From Leptogorgia sarmentosa (taxonomy: Eukaryota), in assembly GCA_964658305.1 (NCBI GenBank), contig OZ210885.1:19592001-19656000 (forward strand): a stretch of DNA of 64,000 nt. Reading direction: 5' to 3'. Below, in pieces: positions 12,419 through 25,970 of the stretch. Made by a program: the position numbers and the translations under genes. Below the pieces are notes generated by a model. That model saw only the letters and a list, made by a program, of their open reading frames with translations. It did not search any database and had not been told where the DNA came from. The first letter of the stretch is position 1, and each line of letters begins with the position of its first letter.

Positions 12419-15255
12419 CAGGGGCGGATCCAGCCAAAATTCTGACTGTATCATTTCGGAAACATTTGAAATCTCTGAGTTTGAGCGCCCAAGGCGCGAA
12501 CAGAGCGCCAAAGGCGCGAGCAAGCTAGAGGGGTCCGGGGGCGTGCACCCCCGGGAAAATTTTGAAATTTGAACCACGGAAATGCCATTTCCTGCATTCT
12601 GTGCATTGAAATCAGTCCTAAAATTTGCCATTACTGTACCCTATTTTAAGACAAAAAATGGGAGAAACGCACAAAAATTGCATAATATATTTTTATCAAC
12701 ATACCCAAATGAAGAGATTTCAATAAGTGGTAAAATATCAAATGATGAGCACTGAAGCTGCGTATGAGATGTCCCTTTTTAGTCTTCGTACAACACCAGG
12801 CCAGCAGCAGTGGTTAGAAAGGTTGTTCACTTGTAAATCGTCTTGAAACAGCAGCCCGACAGTATTTATGAATGTTCATTTGTAAAAGATCATTCAGGGA
12901 TATTTTCAAGCACTTTAGTCTACTACCGTTTTTCAGAAGAAGATTGAGTTGTTTATTTGGGGGGAGGGGGGGGGATGCTAAAATATTTTGTGCTAGTTAC
13001 AGTACACAATATTTTTGTATGTATCAGTCTATGTAAAGTGTAAGAATTGGTAGCTATTTCACATTTTAATCAGTGATACAACAGATTAAAATATTAGATA
13101 ATATACATACAAGTGATTGCAAGTACTTCCAGGTGCAGTTTAAAAAATCAAATAACCATTGTGGAGGAAGATTGAGTTGAAAACTCAATGAAAGATTGAG
13201 TATTTACTACTGTATACCGGTAGTAGAAAAGTGCTTGAAAATACCTCTGGTTGTTATAGTCGACATATATTCACATAGGCGTACGGGCACATTTTTTGGG
13301 GGGGGGCTGGGCTGAATTTGCCCGAATTACATATGACGTCATAGATTTCGTGACGTCATCATAATATTATATAATCTGAGAATACTATAAATGAAAAGCT
13401 TTCCTTTGAAGATTGATATAAAAAGAAATATGTCGTCCCTAGCCATTTCAATTATAAGCTAAATATACTCATTGCGATTTACAGAGAAAGAGAAAGTTAC
13501 TAGCGTAACAACATTTTTATCTAATCACCAGACCGTCGCTGCCCGAATGACAAGACAATTTTTGCCCGAATAGATGAATTCTCAAAAATTGGGGGGGGCT
13601 GCAGCCCCCCAGCCCCACCCCCTCGTACGCCTATGTATATTCAAGTGAGGACAGGATATGGTTTTGGCAAGGAATTTGTTATGAATTGGGAAAAGAAGTA
13701 CCCCCCCCCCCTTTCAGTGCATCAAATGGGTGTTTTAATGAGGCAATTCAGTCAAGGCATTCGTTGCACTCTGCCCTGTAGCAAACAGAAAAAATCTCCC
13801 ACCAGGTACCAGGCAGTATTGCTTGTCTATGTATTATTCATTATGTAATACAAGGAGAATAGAATCATAGGAGAATACAATTACAAGTCCTAAACCAATA
13901 CTGGGGGGTCTGGATCAGGGGTATAGAGAATTGAATTCATTGACATCATTGCTATTACAATGCAAAATTTGTGCTAGCCTACATTACTGTCAATGCAATA
14001 GAAGTGTTGATAAAATATTGCATCAATGTATTACCTAAAGTTGACCAATTGGTCAATCAGTCACTGAAATGAAAAGCAATTGGTCGAGTCAAGCACACAG
14101 GAATTTGATCAATTTTCCAGGCAATGAATTGATCAATTCTAGGTAATAAATTGATGGAATATTTTATCAACACTTCTATTGCATCAACAGTAATACAATA
14201 TAATTGTGATAAAAACACTATGATTGAGTCATGCAATATATTTAGTATCATAGCGCACATGATGTACTGTATGTTCACAAATAAGCGAACACATTTACAC
14301 TGTAGGCATGACTCATGACTGAATCATAACATCGATTGTGTTTTTATTATTTATTTTTTATAACAATACAGTCGATATACGCGATAGTAGCATACTTGAC
14401 TGTTGTGTAAATATTCAGCAGACTTATAAATTAGGAAATGAATTATTAATATATTCATAAGCTTACCTGACTGGTACGTGGTTCACTGAACGCACTTCTT
14501 CACCCTTAGGAAACTGCAATTTCGAAAAATCACATACAAACACCTTGCGATCTTCGACGATGTTAAGTTTGTTTGCAATGGCTTCTTCGCACAAACGCTT
14601 TAGTTGATCTAGCTTTGCCGCTTTCTCCTCTGAGGAAATCTCATCGTTTAGCGCAACAAGAAGTTGATTGAGCACAAGACCAGACAGCGTATTAAATTTT
14701 AACGCCATTGTGATCGTCAATTATCATTTATCACGCAGAAACATTTGCGTCGAGCCAGGCAAATACATCGCTCTAAAGTTGTTATTAATTGCGCAACTGT
14801 ATCTGACTGTATCTGACTGTATCGGAAGTGTGGAAAATGCAGCACTTTGATTGGTTTGCTACATCTGACTGTAGCAAAAATGTTAAATTTAGTAACACGG
14901 ACCCCCAGCTGACTGTATCAAAATCGCTATATTTAGGTTGGTTTATTCTGTGGTTTACTGAGCGTCTTTTAAAAGATGTTGGCTACCATTTGAGTGGTTT
15001 CCCTGAATACGGGCGTTCTTTGTGAGCGAAAATCGGGTGGAGCGCACGTCATAAACCTGCTTCAGCAAAAATACCAACTCGATCGAGAACGAAGTTATAA
15101 TATAGTAATATTTGAGATAATTATTTGCAATACGAAAATATGGAAAAAACATAAAAAACAAATATCACAATGATGTCATCAAATACTAAAAACATTTTAC
15201 CGAAAAATCTGACTGTATCATTTGCTACAGTTGCTACAGTCTGGATCCGCCCCTG
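12419..15255. mobile_element. Non-autonomous TIR transposon with a 5-bp TSD (hAT5-like)
   Basis: 15-bp TIRs CAGGGGCGGATCCAG / CTGGATCCGCCCCTG and TSD AGCAG (12414-12418, 15256-15260). Excision restores the LINE frame RKAARFC. Confidence 0.85.
13274..13635. mobile_element. hAT-type MITE
   Basis: TIRs CATAGGCGTACG / CGTACGCCTATG, 8-bp TSD TATATTCA (13266-13273, 13636-13643), and subterminal TTGCCCGAA repeats. Confidence 0.9.
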
Positions 15256-15599
15256 AGCAGCGCGTTTCTGTTCCAAGAACTACAATCCCAAGTCAAGTGT
15301 CACCGATATGATTAAAGATCTAAATTGGGAAAGTTTAGAAGTTAGAAGAAAGAAAGCTAGATTGACATTGTTGTACAAACTTTCTCGGAATCTTGTAGAC
15401 ATTGAAACAAATAATTACCTACTGGTAAATAATGAGACCAGGACTCGTGGCAGTCATAGCTATAAATATAGAGTCCCCCAAACTACAAAAGATGTTTTTA
15501 AATTTTCCTTTTTCCCTCGCACGATTAGGGAATGGAATTCACTCCCCGAAGAAACTGTGAGTTCAGAGAACCTCCTCCAGTTTAGAAACAATTTAAGCA

Positions 15600-16907
15600 A
15601 CGTCTGGCAATCCAGACACCCACTAGAGCGGGTTGTTCCATTACCTTGTCTTTGTTAGGTGCAACCCAGGAAGAGGTCGCAAAACACGTCGGTTGGCGAA
15701 GTGTCTCCACCACCGCCTACGACACCCAGACAGATGCTGTGATGAACCCAACCTCCACCTCCTCAGTATTAACTGATAGTGTGACCCCTACCGACCCTAC
15801 GCAGCTACCACCCGCCCACCAGCTCGGAGCTCTGTTTCGCTCCCGAAATTATCTTGAAGGATTTTCGTTAGCATTCCCCTAATTTGCTTGTTTGTGAGTC
15901 TTGGAGACAATGGAGTTATTATGAGTAATGGTATAGGTATTTGCACACTTCTTGAGTATTGGCGAGAAGGGGCTATTGTGAGTAATGGTATATGTAGTTA
16001 GATATTTTTGATATAATTTTGATGCAATGGTATATGTATATAATGGCATAGGCATTTATATATTTTTTGGGTAATAATATACGATTGTATTTATATGTTA
16101 GAATAAAGAGTTATTCCCAGGCAGCTGAGCTGGTGTGTGGAAAATTATTTTCTCCCCACACTTAGTTCATTCCAGCCAGGCATTGTGCGACGAAGCGAGC
16201 AGTGGGAATATATTCGTATTCCCACTGGGAGATTTGGCAAACAATGCCTGCAAACAGGAATTTAGCTTATTTATACATTCAAGGAGGGGCTAGCGTGTGC
16301 ACGGGGTGGAACGACAAGCATTTAAGTGCAGAAACAGGGCTCTCCCTGCACTTTGCCACTCTGCCACCAAGACGAATCAGCGCACGGAAGGCGGTGACGT
16401 TTTTTCCAGCCCACCCACCTCCCCTCGGCTGCAACACACCGTGTTTCGCCATGCACACTACCGTGGCGGAAAATTATTTTCTCGCTTTCATCAAAGTTTA
16501 AAATAATTTTATATCATTGTCTGAGTTTGCAGTACAATATATTAATTACCTGTGCATGCAAGTTAACAGTTATCCATAGACCAAAACATACTAGTGCAAC
16601 ACTTTACCATGTCAACTAAACTCGTCTGACATTTCAGAATGTACAATAACAAAGTACAAACATTTGGCTCAGTGGGTTTAAAACTACTATAATATTGCAT
16701 GATTTTATCTGTCGCATAAACTCACCATATTTCCTTGTTTTCTAAGTCAGATATTAAATCAGCTACTTTTTCCTTTGCTTTCACAATCTGCATAAAGCCA
16801 AAGGGGAATGTTTATGTATATTAAATAGCAAAGCTACGAATATATTCCCACTGCTCGCTTCGTCGCACAATGCCTGGCTGGAATGAACTAAGTGTGGGGA
16901 GAAATAA
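15600..16907 (+). mobile_element. 3' end of a DIRS-type tyrosine-recombinase retrotransposon
   Basis: RAGCSITLSLLG...AKHVGWRS recombinase C-terminus (15625-15882) and a perfect 70-bp inverted repeat, 16149-16218 versus 16835-16904 (ICR-like). Confidence 0.65.
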
Positions 16908-17512
16908 AGTACCTTGACAAATAGACAGTTATGATTGTCCAACACCTTTTCTGGGTTTTTTACCATTGGAGGTCAATGACAATGAATATTTATTGATCCT
17001 AAATCATTTGTATTTTTAGGCCTCTGAAACAAGGACAAGAAAAGCTACGGTACTGAAGAATGGAGTGTCAAATCTACCAGTTAGAACAGCAACGAAAAGG
17101 AGGTTGGAAACTATGAGAGCAGTTTCAACCATCCATGGCGCATCCAAGAAGAACTTAAAGCCTGCTTATGATGGAATGTTCGACACCCTCCAGAAACGAT
17201 GCAAGATGAAAGATTTAACAAATTATGTATTAGGTAATGAAACATTAACTAAAAGTGTAGTTTCTAAACATTATAAAAAGGAGTTGATAGATTTTGAAAC
17301 ATCAAAAGAAAATGCAGAAAGGAGTATTGCCACATTTTACTTTTATTTGATGACTGGGTCACAATTACCTTCAAACTGCAAGAACTCCCTGAGGCTGCTC
17401 CATTTCCTGTTCTGGATTATTTCGAACACTGTTCTGGAGTGACTCGTGATGGAGTGCACCGAGTGTTCTGGAACACCAGTTACGCCTGTTAGCAGGTTAA
17501 ATCGATTTCAAA

Positions 17513-18839
17513 ATGGCGGAAAATTTAATGCCTATTTTGTTATTGCATTCCTTAGAAGAAGAAGGTAGCTGTGAAAGTGATGATTTTTTGGAAAATGTTA
17601 TTGCGGTGACAACTGCATTGTACGTGTTCTGTAGTATGTATTATCAAGATCAATAAGGCTTATTTAAAGACTCCTACTGTACTTTTAAACAACGATAAAC
17701 TAGTTGGTAATAATTGACTGTTATGACATTCACTTTAACTTTTAAAAATAAGAAGTACTTTACGTACTTTTGTATTAATTATCTTTTTTGTTGTATATAT
17801 ACCTTTATCCAGTATACCAGCATTTTGGTATTTCTATTCATTAACGAAATGCAATTTAATTGTATGTGTTCATTATAGAGTTCGCGAAGATTGAAGAAAA
17901 GTATATGGTTATGCAGAGGATACCATACCAAATTATCTTCTGGATGATTTTCAGAGATTTTTTAGAATTTCGCGACAGAGATTTGAAATTATTTTACGGG
18001 AAATAGCGGCAGCAGTAACTCCAGTGGTTCAAAGAGGAAGGCCAGCTATAACACCGGAGAAAAAGTTACTTGTAACCCTTTGGTTCATTTTCCATCAAGA
18101 CACCATCCACAGAATGAGTGATTGATTTAATATTACAGATTCTTCCATTCTTCGATGCAGAAATCAAGTTTTTAGCGTAGTGTTATGCTCCCTAAAAAAG
18201 AAGTTCATTTTTTTACCACATGATGAAAATGTAAAAAATACAATAATTGGTGATTTCTACACAATATTGTAGCCCCACATGAACACCCGCAAGTCTATGT
18301 GAACAGGAAAAAATTCCACTCGATCATCCTCCAGGGTATATGTGCCCATAATCTTCAATTCTTGCATGTAGTTGCAGGTTGGCCAGGAAGTGTTCACGAT
18401 GCAAGAGTACTCCGCAATTCTGATGTATGGAATATTTGTCCTTTGTGGTGTGGCCCTAATAATCATTTATTAGGGGATGGTGCATATCCGTTACAAAACT
18501 GGCTACTTAAACCATTCAGGGACAACGGTCATCTTACGCGCATCCAGCGTCGTTTCAACTATCGTTTATCGTCAACACGTGCAGCAATAGAGCGAGCATT
18601 TGGCTTGCTTAAAGGTTGATTCCGTCGTCTTAAGTTGTTAGACACCAAGTCCATTAAAACAGCTGTTGACACAATCATTGTGTGTTGTATTTTTCATAAT
18701 ATCTGTATCATCAACGATGACATTTTAGATCAGTACATTATAGATGGCAGAGAAGAAGAAAATCCTGCTGATCCACAATGGAGAATATGATGACGAAGGT
18801 GGTTTAGAAAAGCAAATACGTATTGCTAACATGTTTTAA
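17513..18839 (+). pseudogene. Harbinger (HARBI1-like) transposase
   Basis: NRKKFHSIILQGIC, GWPGSVHDARV, LLGDGAYPL and IERAFGLLKG motifs; one intron; stops and a deletion. Confidence 0.85.
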
Positions 18840-19556
18840 CAAGGGCTACCTTAACAACTGTATTACAACCCTAAGCAAATAAGCCCTTGATTTGCAATAA
18901 ATAAAGCTTTATCCTCATGGCTGATTTAACTGGTTCTCTATTAATAATATACCTCTTATATAATCATCCCCCTTCCCCTCAATATGAAAATTGTATTTAA
19001 AATATGTAAAAAAACACAGTGATTTTTACTTACATTTATAAACCTATGCATTGTATTGTTAGTTGTGTTACAGACAAGAACAAATTTAAACTCTAATAAC
19101 CCTCCCCCCACCCATATATAAGTACTTGAAAAAAGGGCTTCTGAGTGATTGGATGAACAGATTGTGGCATAACCTTAATTAATGTTAATATTTTGCACAA
19201 GTCTTGATATTCAGTCAAAAAACATGCATAGCGGACACTGGTTTTTTTTATCAACACCTTCATGCAAACTCTGTTACCTAAACACAACTTATAATAAATA
19301 TTAATTTCTATTAATGGTGCCATTGTCATTTTAGGCCTGTTTCGTCGAATGCAATTCAGACAAAGGATAATGAGCTGATAATGAGGCAAGTTATCTCATT
19401 ATCTATTGTTCTAATTGCATTCGACGCAACTAAAGTTCGACGTTTGAAACAGGCCTTAGTATGCTAGGCATATGCAACTAATACAAGTTTTACAAAGGTT
19501 GGCAATATTAATTATGCTTTATATAGTTTACATACAGTAAGATGACAAGATGTCAA

Positions 19557-20628
19557 TTAATGATCCCAGACAAAAAAAACTTCCAAGAACCCTTTCATTA
19601 CAGCCAAACACTCTTCATGCATTTCCTTCTGTCGTTGATTATTTTCCTGTTGTCTGGCATTTTGCACACTAATATGTTCCTTTAAAACCTCTAATACTTC
19701 AGATACATTGGACCTTTTCTTTTTAGCTGGAGTGGGGACTGGTGGGGCTGGTGATGCTGACCTCTCTGACACACTACTGTCCAGATCGCTATCACTACCT
19801 TCATTGGTAGTTTCTTCATCATGCAACTGCTGATTGTCATCTACAGTGCTACCTGCTATATAAGAAGGTTGATTATTTGGCTGCTCAATAACAAAATCCA
19901 GCTGTTCTTCATATGGATGCCTCTTTAAATCGTTCCCTGATTTGGCATTGTGATCTGTAACTTTTTTCAAACTTCTTAACAACGTTTTCCACCGACCCTC
20001 ACATTGTTCACTTGAGTAGTTGTACTTGTGCGTCTTCATAATCTCAGAAATTTTCTTCCACAGCGTTTTCTTCCTTTTAATCTTTGGTGCCCAAGTTTTG
20101 TAAGCGTCAATAAGTAATAACGTATCAGGACGTCCCCACTGGGCATTGGCATTGTCATTAGCTAAATTGAATTGTAAAATTATTTCTATTAGCGGCTAAA
20201 ATTATTTCTGCTTGTTTATATGATATTGTCATTCATTAATAATAGTATGCGAGACAAACAATGTTTTGTATAATTCAAAAGAAAATTGCAAAGATACTTA
20301 CCAGGTTCTGTGTTTGATTCTGGACGTATATTTTGATCACTGCTTTGATCTTGCACCAGACCTGAACCTGCAAAATTTGTAGTTTTTTTTTAGTTCATAA
20401 TAATTTAGCGAGTCGTCAGAATTCGCTTTTAATTTTACCTGTGGCCGTGCTATTGGATAACAGATTCTTGCTTTGGACATCACTTGAGCTACGTTCTTGA
20501 CTTGGAATAGGGTTTTCTTGTCGTTTTTGGCAAGAATGACTCCTCACAGACGCAATATCTTTGAATAACATGCGGCATAATGAGCACTGGTACAACGTGG
20601 CCGCCAATATTGAGTTGAATATTTTCAT
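19557..20628 (-). pseudogene. Harbinger Myb/SANT-like DNA-binding protein (spliced)
   Basis: W-x-x-PDTLLLI, LWKKISEIM and QCEGRWKTL trihelix pattern; N-terminal C2H2-like exon at 20416-20628. Confidence 0.75.
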
Positions 20629-23021
20629 GTGACTTCCTTGTTCTGTTCTACCTGCCCCTGCTGTGAAGTTGGGGCAGCTAGAACAGTTCAGAACAGTTCA
20701 GAACAGTCAGGCGACGGTGTTTTGTTGCATGCCATTACTGTTCTGAAAATCCAGAGTACTCCGAACAGGAAATGGAGCAGCCTCCCTAATGACATGAAGA
20801 TGCTAGCCATGCTTGCAGGGGAACTTGTCATTAGTTCTAAATATTTCTCCCCCTTTGCCAATGTTTGCAAAGATAATGCAACTGACTTGCAGGCATCTTT
20901 TGGTCTGAGGCCAGAACACAAATGGCAGCCATGGGAATACAAACAAAGGGCCAATGTTGTTAAAAAGGTGGAATCTTTTAAAAAAACAATTGAGAAAAAA
21001 CCAGTATCTTCCAAAGTTAAACGAACTAAAGTCACAGAATTTATTGCCTCACAAAAGGGCAGGCAAGAATTCTTGCCCCTTTTGGACAAGTACATTGACC
21101 AGGTGAATGTAGAGCCTTTGCATCTAAAAAGTAATGCTTGCCAATATTTTTTAAGGGTATCTTGAAGGAGGCCATTCAAAAATCAAAACTCCCAGCAACT
21201 TGTAAGAGATTTTCAGAAGTACCCGAGGATTGTGTTTTTGGCAGGTTTATGTGTTCATTAAAAGTGCATGTAAAAGCTGGGTGCCTTTGCAAGAAGGTTA
21301 AACACTGGTTCGATCATACCCAAGGATCTGGGCCTGATTTGTTATACCGGTTCACCGTCGAAGAGTCTCGTAGGTTCTGTCATAATTACATGAGCTTGGT
21401 CAATGCACTTATTGATGGTAATGACACAAAAGCAGACAGACAGGCTATTCTTGTCTTTGCATACTTAGGGCAGAGACTAAGAGACAGTGTGTCTCTTATG
21501 AACGGGTTTGACATTAATGAAGAGCAACTCACCCAGCTTACTCTTGCAGCACAAGAGTATTTGAGGGTAAATGCAATGTTTTTGTCAACATCTGTGAAAC
21601 CTACTGTTTGGACATTGGGACATGTAGTCCCTGTTCATGCACAGCAAGTATTTGCCCAATACAATAAATGGTTAGCTTTAGTCACCATGGAAGGGCGAGA
21701 AGCCAAGCATATTTTCCTCAAAAAATTAAGTCAAAATACAACTTACCAGAGGCGGTGGCTTGAAATCTTTAAGCATGAATATATTATGTTAGTTTGGTTG
21801 CCAGAACATGGTTATGAGATGTCAGGTAACAAAAGCCACAACGAAGCCTATATTCCACCTAGAGTTTTCGAGAATCCATCATACTGCTACTGTGGTTCAT
21901 TAAAAACTAACCCCAGTGATTCAAAATGTTCAATCTGTGGGGATCCCTTGATGCACCTTATTGAAAGAAGTGTCACTGAGGGAAAGATTGATTCTGGTTT
22001 GAAACTTTAATATTCGGGACTGCAGCCTGGAAGTTGAATGTTCGTTTTCAAATTTTAGCTGTTGTCAAAATGTTCAAAGTGGCAGGAAAGCCTGAGCAGA
22101 AATTTTTCACATGTTATGAAGTTTTAAAGAAATAAAAAAGAAAGAAAGAAATGAAAGTGATAGAAGCTTTATATGTTATTGAAAAATACATGTTAATGTA
22201 TCTTAATATATACATTTTTAATGCATATGTATTTAAACTATTTATTGTAGTGAATATATTTTTAACATCAAAGTTTAGTAAATATTAAATTTATAGCAGT
22301 GTTGTTGTGATACAATCCAATCCAAGTCGAGTCAATTTTTTGCTGTCAACTCAAGTTGAGTAAATTTTCCTATTCAACTTAGTCACAGCTAAAATTGAAT
22401 TCAACTCCTTACAACATGGAAAACAAAATTGTCAGCTGGCATAGGGCAAAGTTAATTCTAAGGTAATGTGAATTGCAGTGGAATGTCATTCCAAGTATAT
22501 TGGTACTAAATTTGCTGGGTTACTGGTACTTGAATTGTACTTGATTGGTACTAGATGGCCAAGATTTACTAGCTAGATAAACTATGATATGGTATGATTT
22601 GATACCAGCATAACCCGGCGCAATGCATAATCAATGGCTTACACTTTAAACATCACTGGACAGGCTGTTTATCTGTTCAACTCAAACACTGTGTCTATAT
22701 ATCTACACTCTCACTAGGTACACAACACAGTAATGCATTGCTTAGTATTCAGCCTATTGCCTAGCTGAAAACATAACCAAATTCATTCTCAAATGAGTAA
22801 TGGCACTTGAGAATGATCTCAATTTTCCTTTTAATGTAATTGATCTGTAATGGCTTTTCTTCAGTTATCACAACAGCAACATTTCCCTTAGATTTGCCTT
22901 TACAAGTCCTTGAAAAATAGTAAAAATTTGTGCTAAAAATGAAAATTTGTTGTTAAGTTATGCGTTATTTTATATATATATATTTGCTATTCTGTATGCT
23001 ACCTTAAATTGTCTTTCACAG

Positions 23022-24418
23022 GATGTGCTATTAAGAATGAATTTAAAGATAGAAAGCGCACATGGTCAGTGTTATGATGGAGCAGCAACAATGGCTGGAA
23101 CCAAAACTGGCATTGCTACACAAATTAAAGCGATAAATGGCAAATGTCTTTACACCCACTGCTATGGACACGCATTAAATTTAGCTGTTGCTGATTCAAT
23201 CAAGTCAATTGATTGTTTAAAAAGCACTTTCGAAATCGGGCATGAAATCTGCAAGTTGATTAAAAAATCACCTAAACGAAGCACAAAGTTGATATTAGAA
23301 AGGAAATGAAAAATGATTCCAAGGGTGTTCATGCGTTGTGCTCGACATGATGGACAGTTCGTGGCGAATCTCTTGAATCTATTTTGAATAATTATGATGA
23401 ACTAATGGAACTATGGGACTGGTCAATCAAAAACCTACACGACAGTCAAATGAAAGCAAGGATTGGAGGTGTCAAAGCAGCAATGCCAAACTTCGATTAT
23501 CTTTACTCCTCTCTACTGGCAATAATGTTTCTAAGGCAAACAGATAACTTGAGCAGAACACTTCAGAACCCCAAGATATCAGCAGCGGAAGGTAATGAAA
23601 TAGCCCAGGATGTCATCAAATGTATATCGAAAGATCGCAATGACGAATCATTCAACTTGTTCTGGGAATATACCTTAAAAAAGAAAGACCTGCTTCACAC
23701 TGATGGCCCCGAACTTCCGCGAAAACGAAGAGTACCCAAAAGATACGACAATGGCAACAGTGATGACCACTTCTTTCCATCAACGCCGAAGGATCATTAC
23801 CACCAAATTTATTTTGAAACCCTTGACACGGTGACAGCGTCCATTAAAGAACGGTTCGATCAGCCAGATTTTCGCAAGTATCAATCTTTGCAAGAGTTAT
23901 TCTTGAAAGCGGTTAAAGGCCAGTCCTGGGATGAGGAACTCAATGAAGTGTGCTCCATCTATGGCGATGATCTCGACAAGTACAGGCTTGAAGCTCAATT
24001 GCCACTTCTAGAGCCAACAGCAGAGTCAATGAATTATGAGTTACAAAAATTGACAGTTCACGATTTGATAAAGTTTTTGCAGGGCCTTAGTCATTCCAGA
24101 AAAATAGCGATGTCCGAAATTATCAAAGCGGCGAAGATCCTCCTTGTATTGCCAGCCACTAATGCGTCCAGCGAAAGATCGTTCACAGCATTGAAACGAG
24201 TTAAGACTTATTTGAGATCAAGCACAACTGACCATCGACTGAACCATCTCCTGACGCTTCATGTCCACCAAGACAAAGTGGATGATATGAATATAATAGG
24301 TGTTGCTAATGACTTCGTTGAGAGAAATGACAGGAGAAAACAGATTTTTGGCCGTTTCACCGAGAGAGACACATGCACGAAGTTATCTTTCTCTCATAAG
24401 AGCACGCAGACAGACTAA
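23022..24418 (+). pseudogene. hAT transposase (ZMYM1-like), 5' truncated
   Basis: GQCYDGAATMAG, THCYGHALNLAV and PATNASSERSFTALKRVKTYLRS dimerization motif; frameshift and stop near 23300-23350. Confidence 0.85.
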
Positions 24419-25639
24419 ATGGTAGAACATCTAAGTTAGTATTCCGACTGCAATACTCCTGGCTCGTGTATTGGCTTTGGTATTTCAGCACGTACTTACG
24501 ACGGTATTCTTCAAAGCACGTCCTGTGGTAACCTGCGTTATTGTTGTTGGGATCGCAGAGATACTGCTGCATATGGATTCGTCCTTCTAAAGTAACATTG
24601 TTTCGAAACTTTTTGAAGGTTTGAGAAACTATTGGATGCCATACTGAAGTTTAAGTAATGTTTTATGATTGACTTGCATTGAAAAATCAAGTAAATTTTT
24701 ATTGGAATTAAAAGTTTACAAGACGGTGGAACAATGTTACGCTTTGATTGTCCTGTTGTAAATATTGGTTTTAATCAATGTTAACAAATACTTCATAAGT
24801 GAAGTTGTAAAACTGCTTTAAATTTTGTGTTAACTTATTTGTGACCTTATTTGTCATTATGTCAAAATTTAATTAGTACTTCCAAAAACATTTATTCAAA
24901 AATACATTTATGTAGCGCTACACATCATAATTAGAGGCGTACATGTATTACTAGTAGGCCGCAATTTGGTAATGTGACGACATTATTAACATTATTTCGT
25001 GTTGCGTTACCAAATCGCTTCTGGTTTGTGTGGGCGTCTAGTCTGGAGTTTGTTTGACCGTCGTAAGCGAATTGTGTTATTGTACGCCTAAGCATACCCT
25101 ACATATTCCTAAATATCTATAAGTTTATACGTCAATTTACATTAATAATAATAAACATTAAAATCATTACTCGACTGCGATTGATTCATTTCAGTGCAGT
25201 TAATCCCAAATGACAGTGCGATTTTCTTTAATCACACAGCAGTTTTCTAATCGCAGTGCAATTTTCTGTAATCAAAGTGCAATTTTCAGTAATCACATTG
25301 CAAAAATCTGTAGTCACTCATAGTCATATGTAGTCACCAATCATAATTAGAACTGAAGCGAGATCGGCAAAACATGCCGCTAGCTACATGAAATAGAAAT
25401 TGTTTTCGAGTTAAAATATGACATTAATCTTTTTCTTAAAATCGAAAAAGGCTTATCTAAAACAAGAGTAACAAAAGTTACATGGTTTGGTGAACTTTTC
25501 AAACTGTTAACGCTGGAAAATCTGAAAAAACTAAGCGTGAAAACTGCCGGTGAACTTTCGCGAAAGGTGGTCTTGCGATACCTAACTTGTGGCATGTCTC
25601 ATGCGCGGCTCTAGTGAAATGGACGAAACAGATCGCGGA

Positions 25640-25970
25640 TCGGGACAGGCAAGAGCTATGGGTGCACTATGCACGATACTGGATTGGCATATCTCTGAGT
25701 ACAATGAGACAGGACTGGCACTGGTTACGCTGTACCCACACTCAGACCCCATAAGGGAAACACCGCAATGGTACAAACAGATAGTGGAATGCCTACGAGA
25801 ACACGAAAGCACAGTAAAAGCAACGACGATTGACAACATCACGAGCAAGACGATCAGAGGTTGGCTACAGCCCAATATTCATCCAAGGGCATCAAAGGAA
25901 TGGCAACACATCGTATACCCGGTACCTGGGTTGTTCGACGCGTGGGAGAATATGTGGACTTCCCTGACAA
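25640..25970 (+). mobile_element. Short Tx1-like ORF2 fragment
   Basis: YARYWIG...PHSDP...PQWY resembles YGRYWTG...PHGDP...PSWY at 29120-29240. Confidence 0.55.

Larger units (their letters stand above)
12268..15600 (+). mobile_element. 3' fragment of a CR1/L2-group LINE ORF2, split by a DNA transposon
   Basis: AYKSIVRPKLEYASAAWDP...LERVQRKAA (to 12418) continues as RFCSKNY...LNWESLEVRRKKARL...SFFPRTIREWNSLP after 15260. Confidence 0.85.
17391..20784 (+). mobile_element. PIF/Harbinger DNA transposon
   Basis: TIRs GAGGCTGCTCCATTTCCTGTTC / GAACAGGAAATGGAGCAGCCTC, 3-bp TSD CCT, and convergent transposase and Myb/SANT genes. Confidence 0.9.
17021..22010 (+). pseudogene. Transib/RAG1/Chapaev-like DDE transposase remnant, split by a Harbinger element
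   Basis: The frame ELP|NDMKML is restored by removing 17391-20784 plus one TSD copy. Ordered motifs NDMK, EPLH, GHVVPVH, TMEGREAKH and a C-terminal CYCG...CSIC. Confidence 0.5.

Noticed and set aside
25160..25590. AGTGCAATTTT/AATCAC repeats resembling a transposon terminus
   Set aside because: There is no matching end or coding region, so it cannot be classified.
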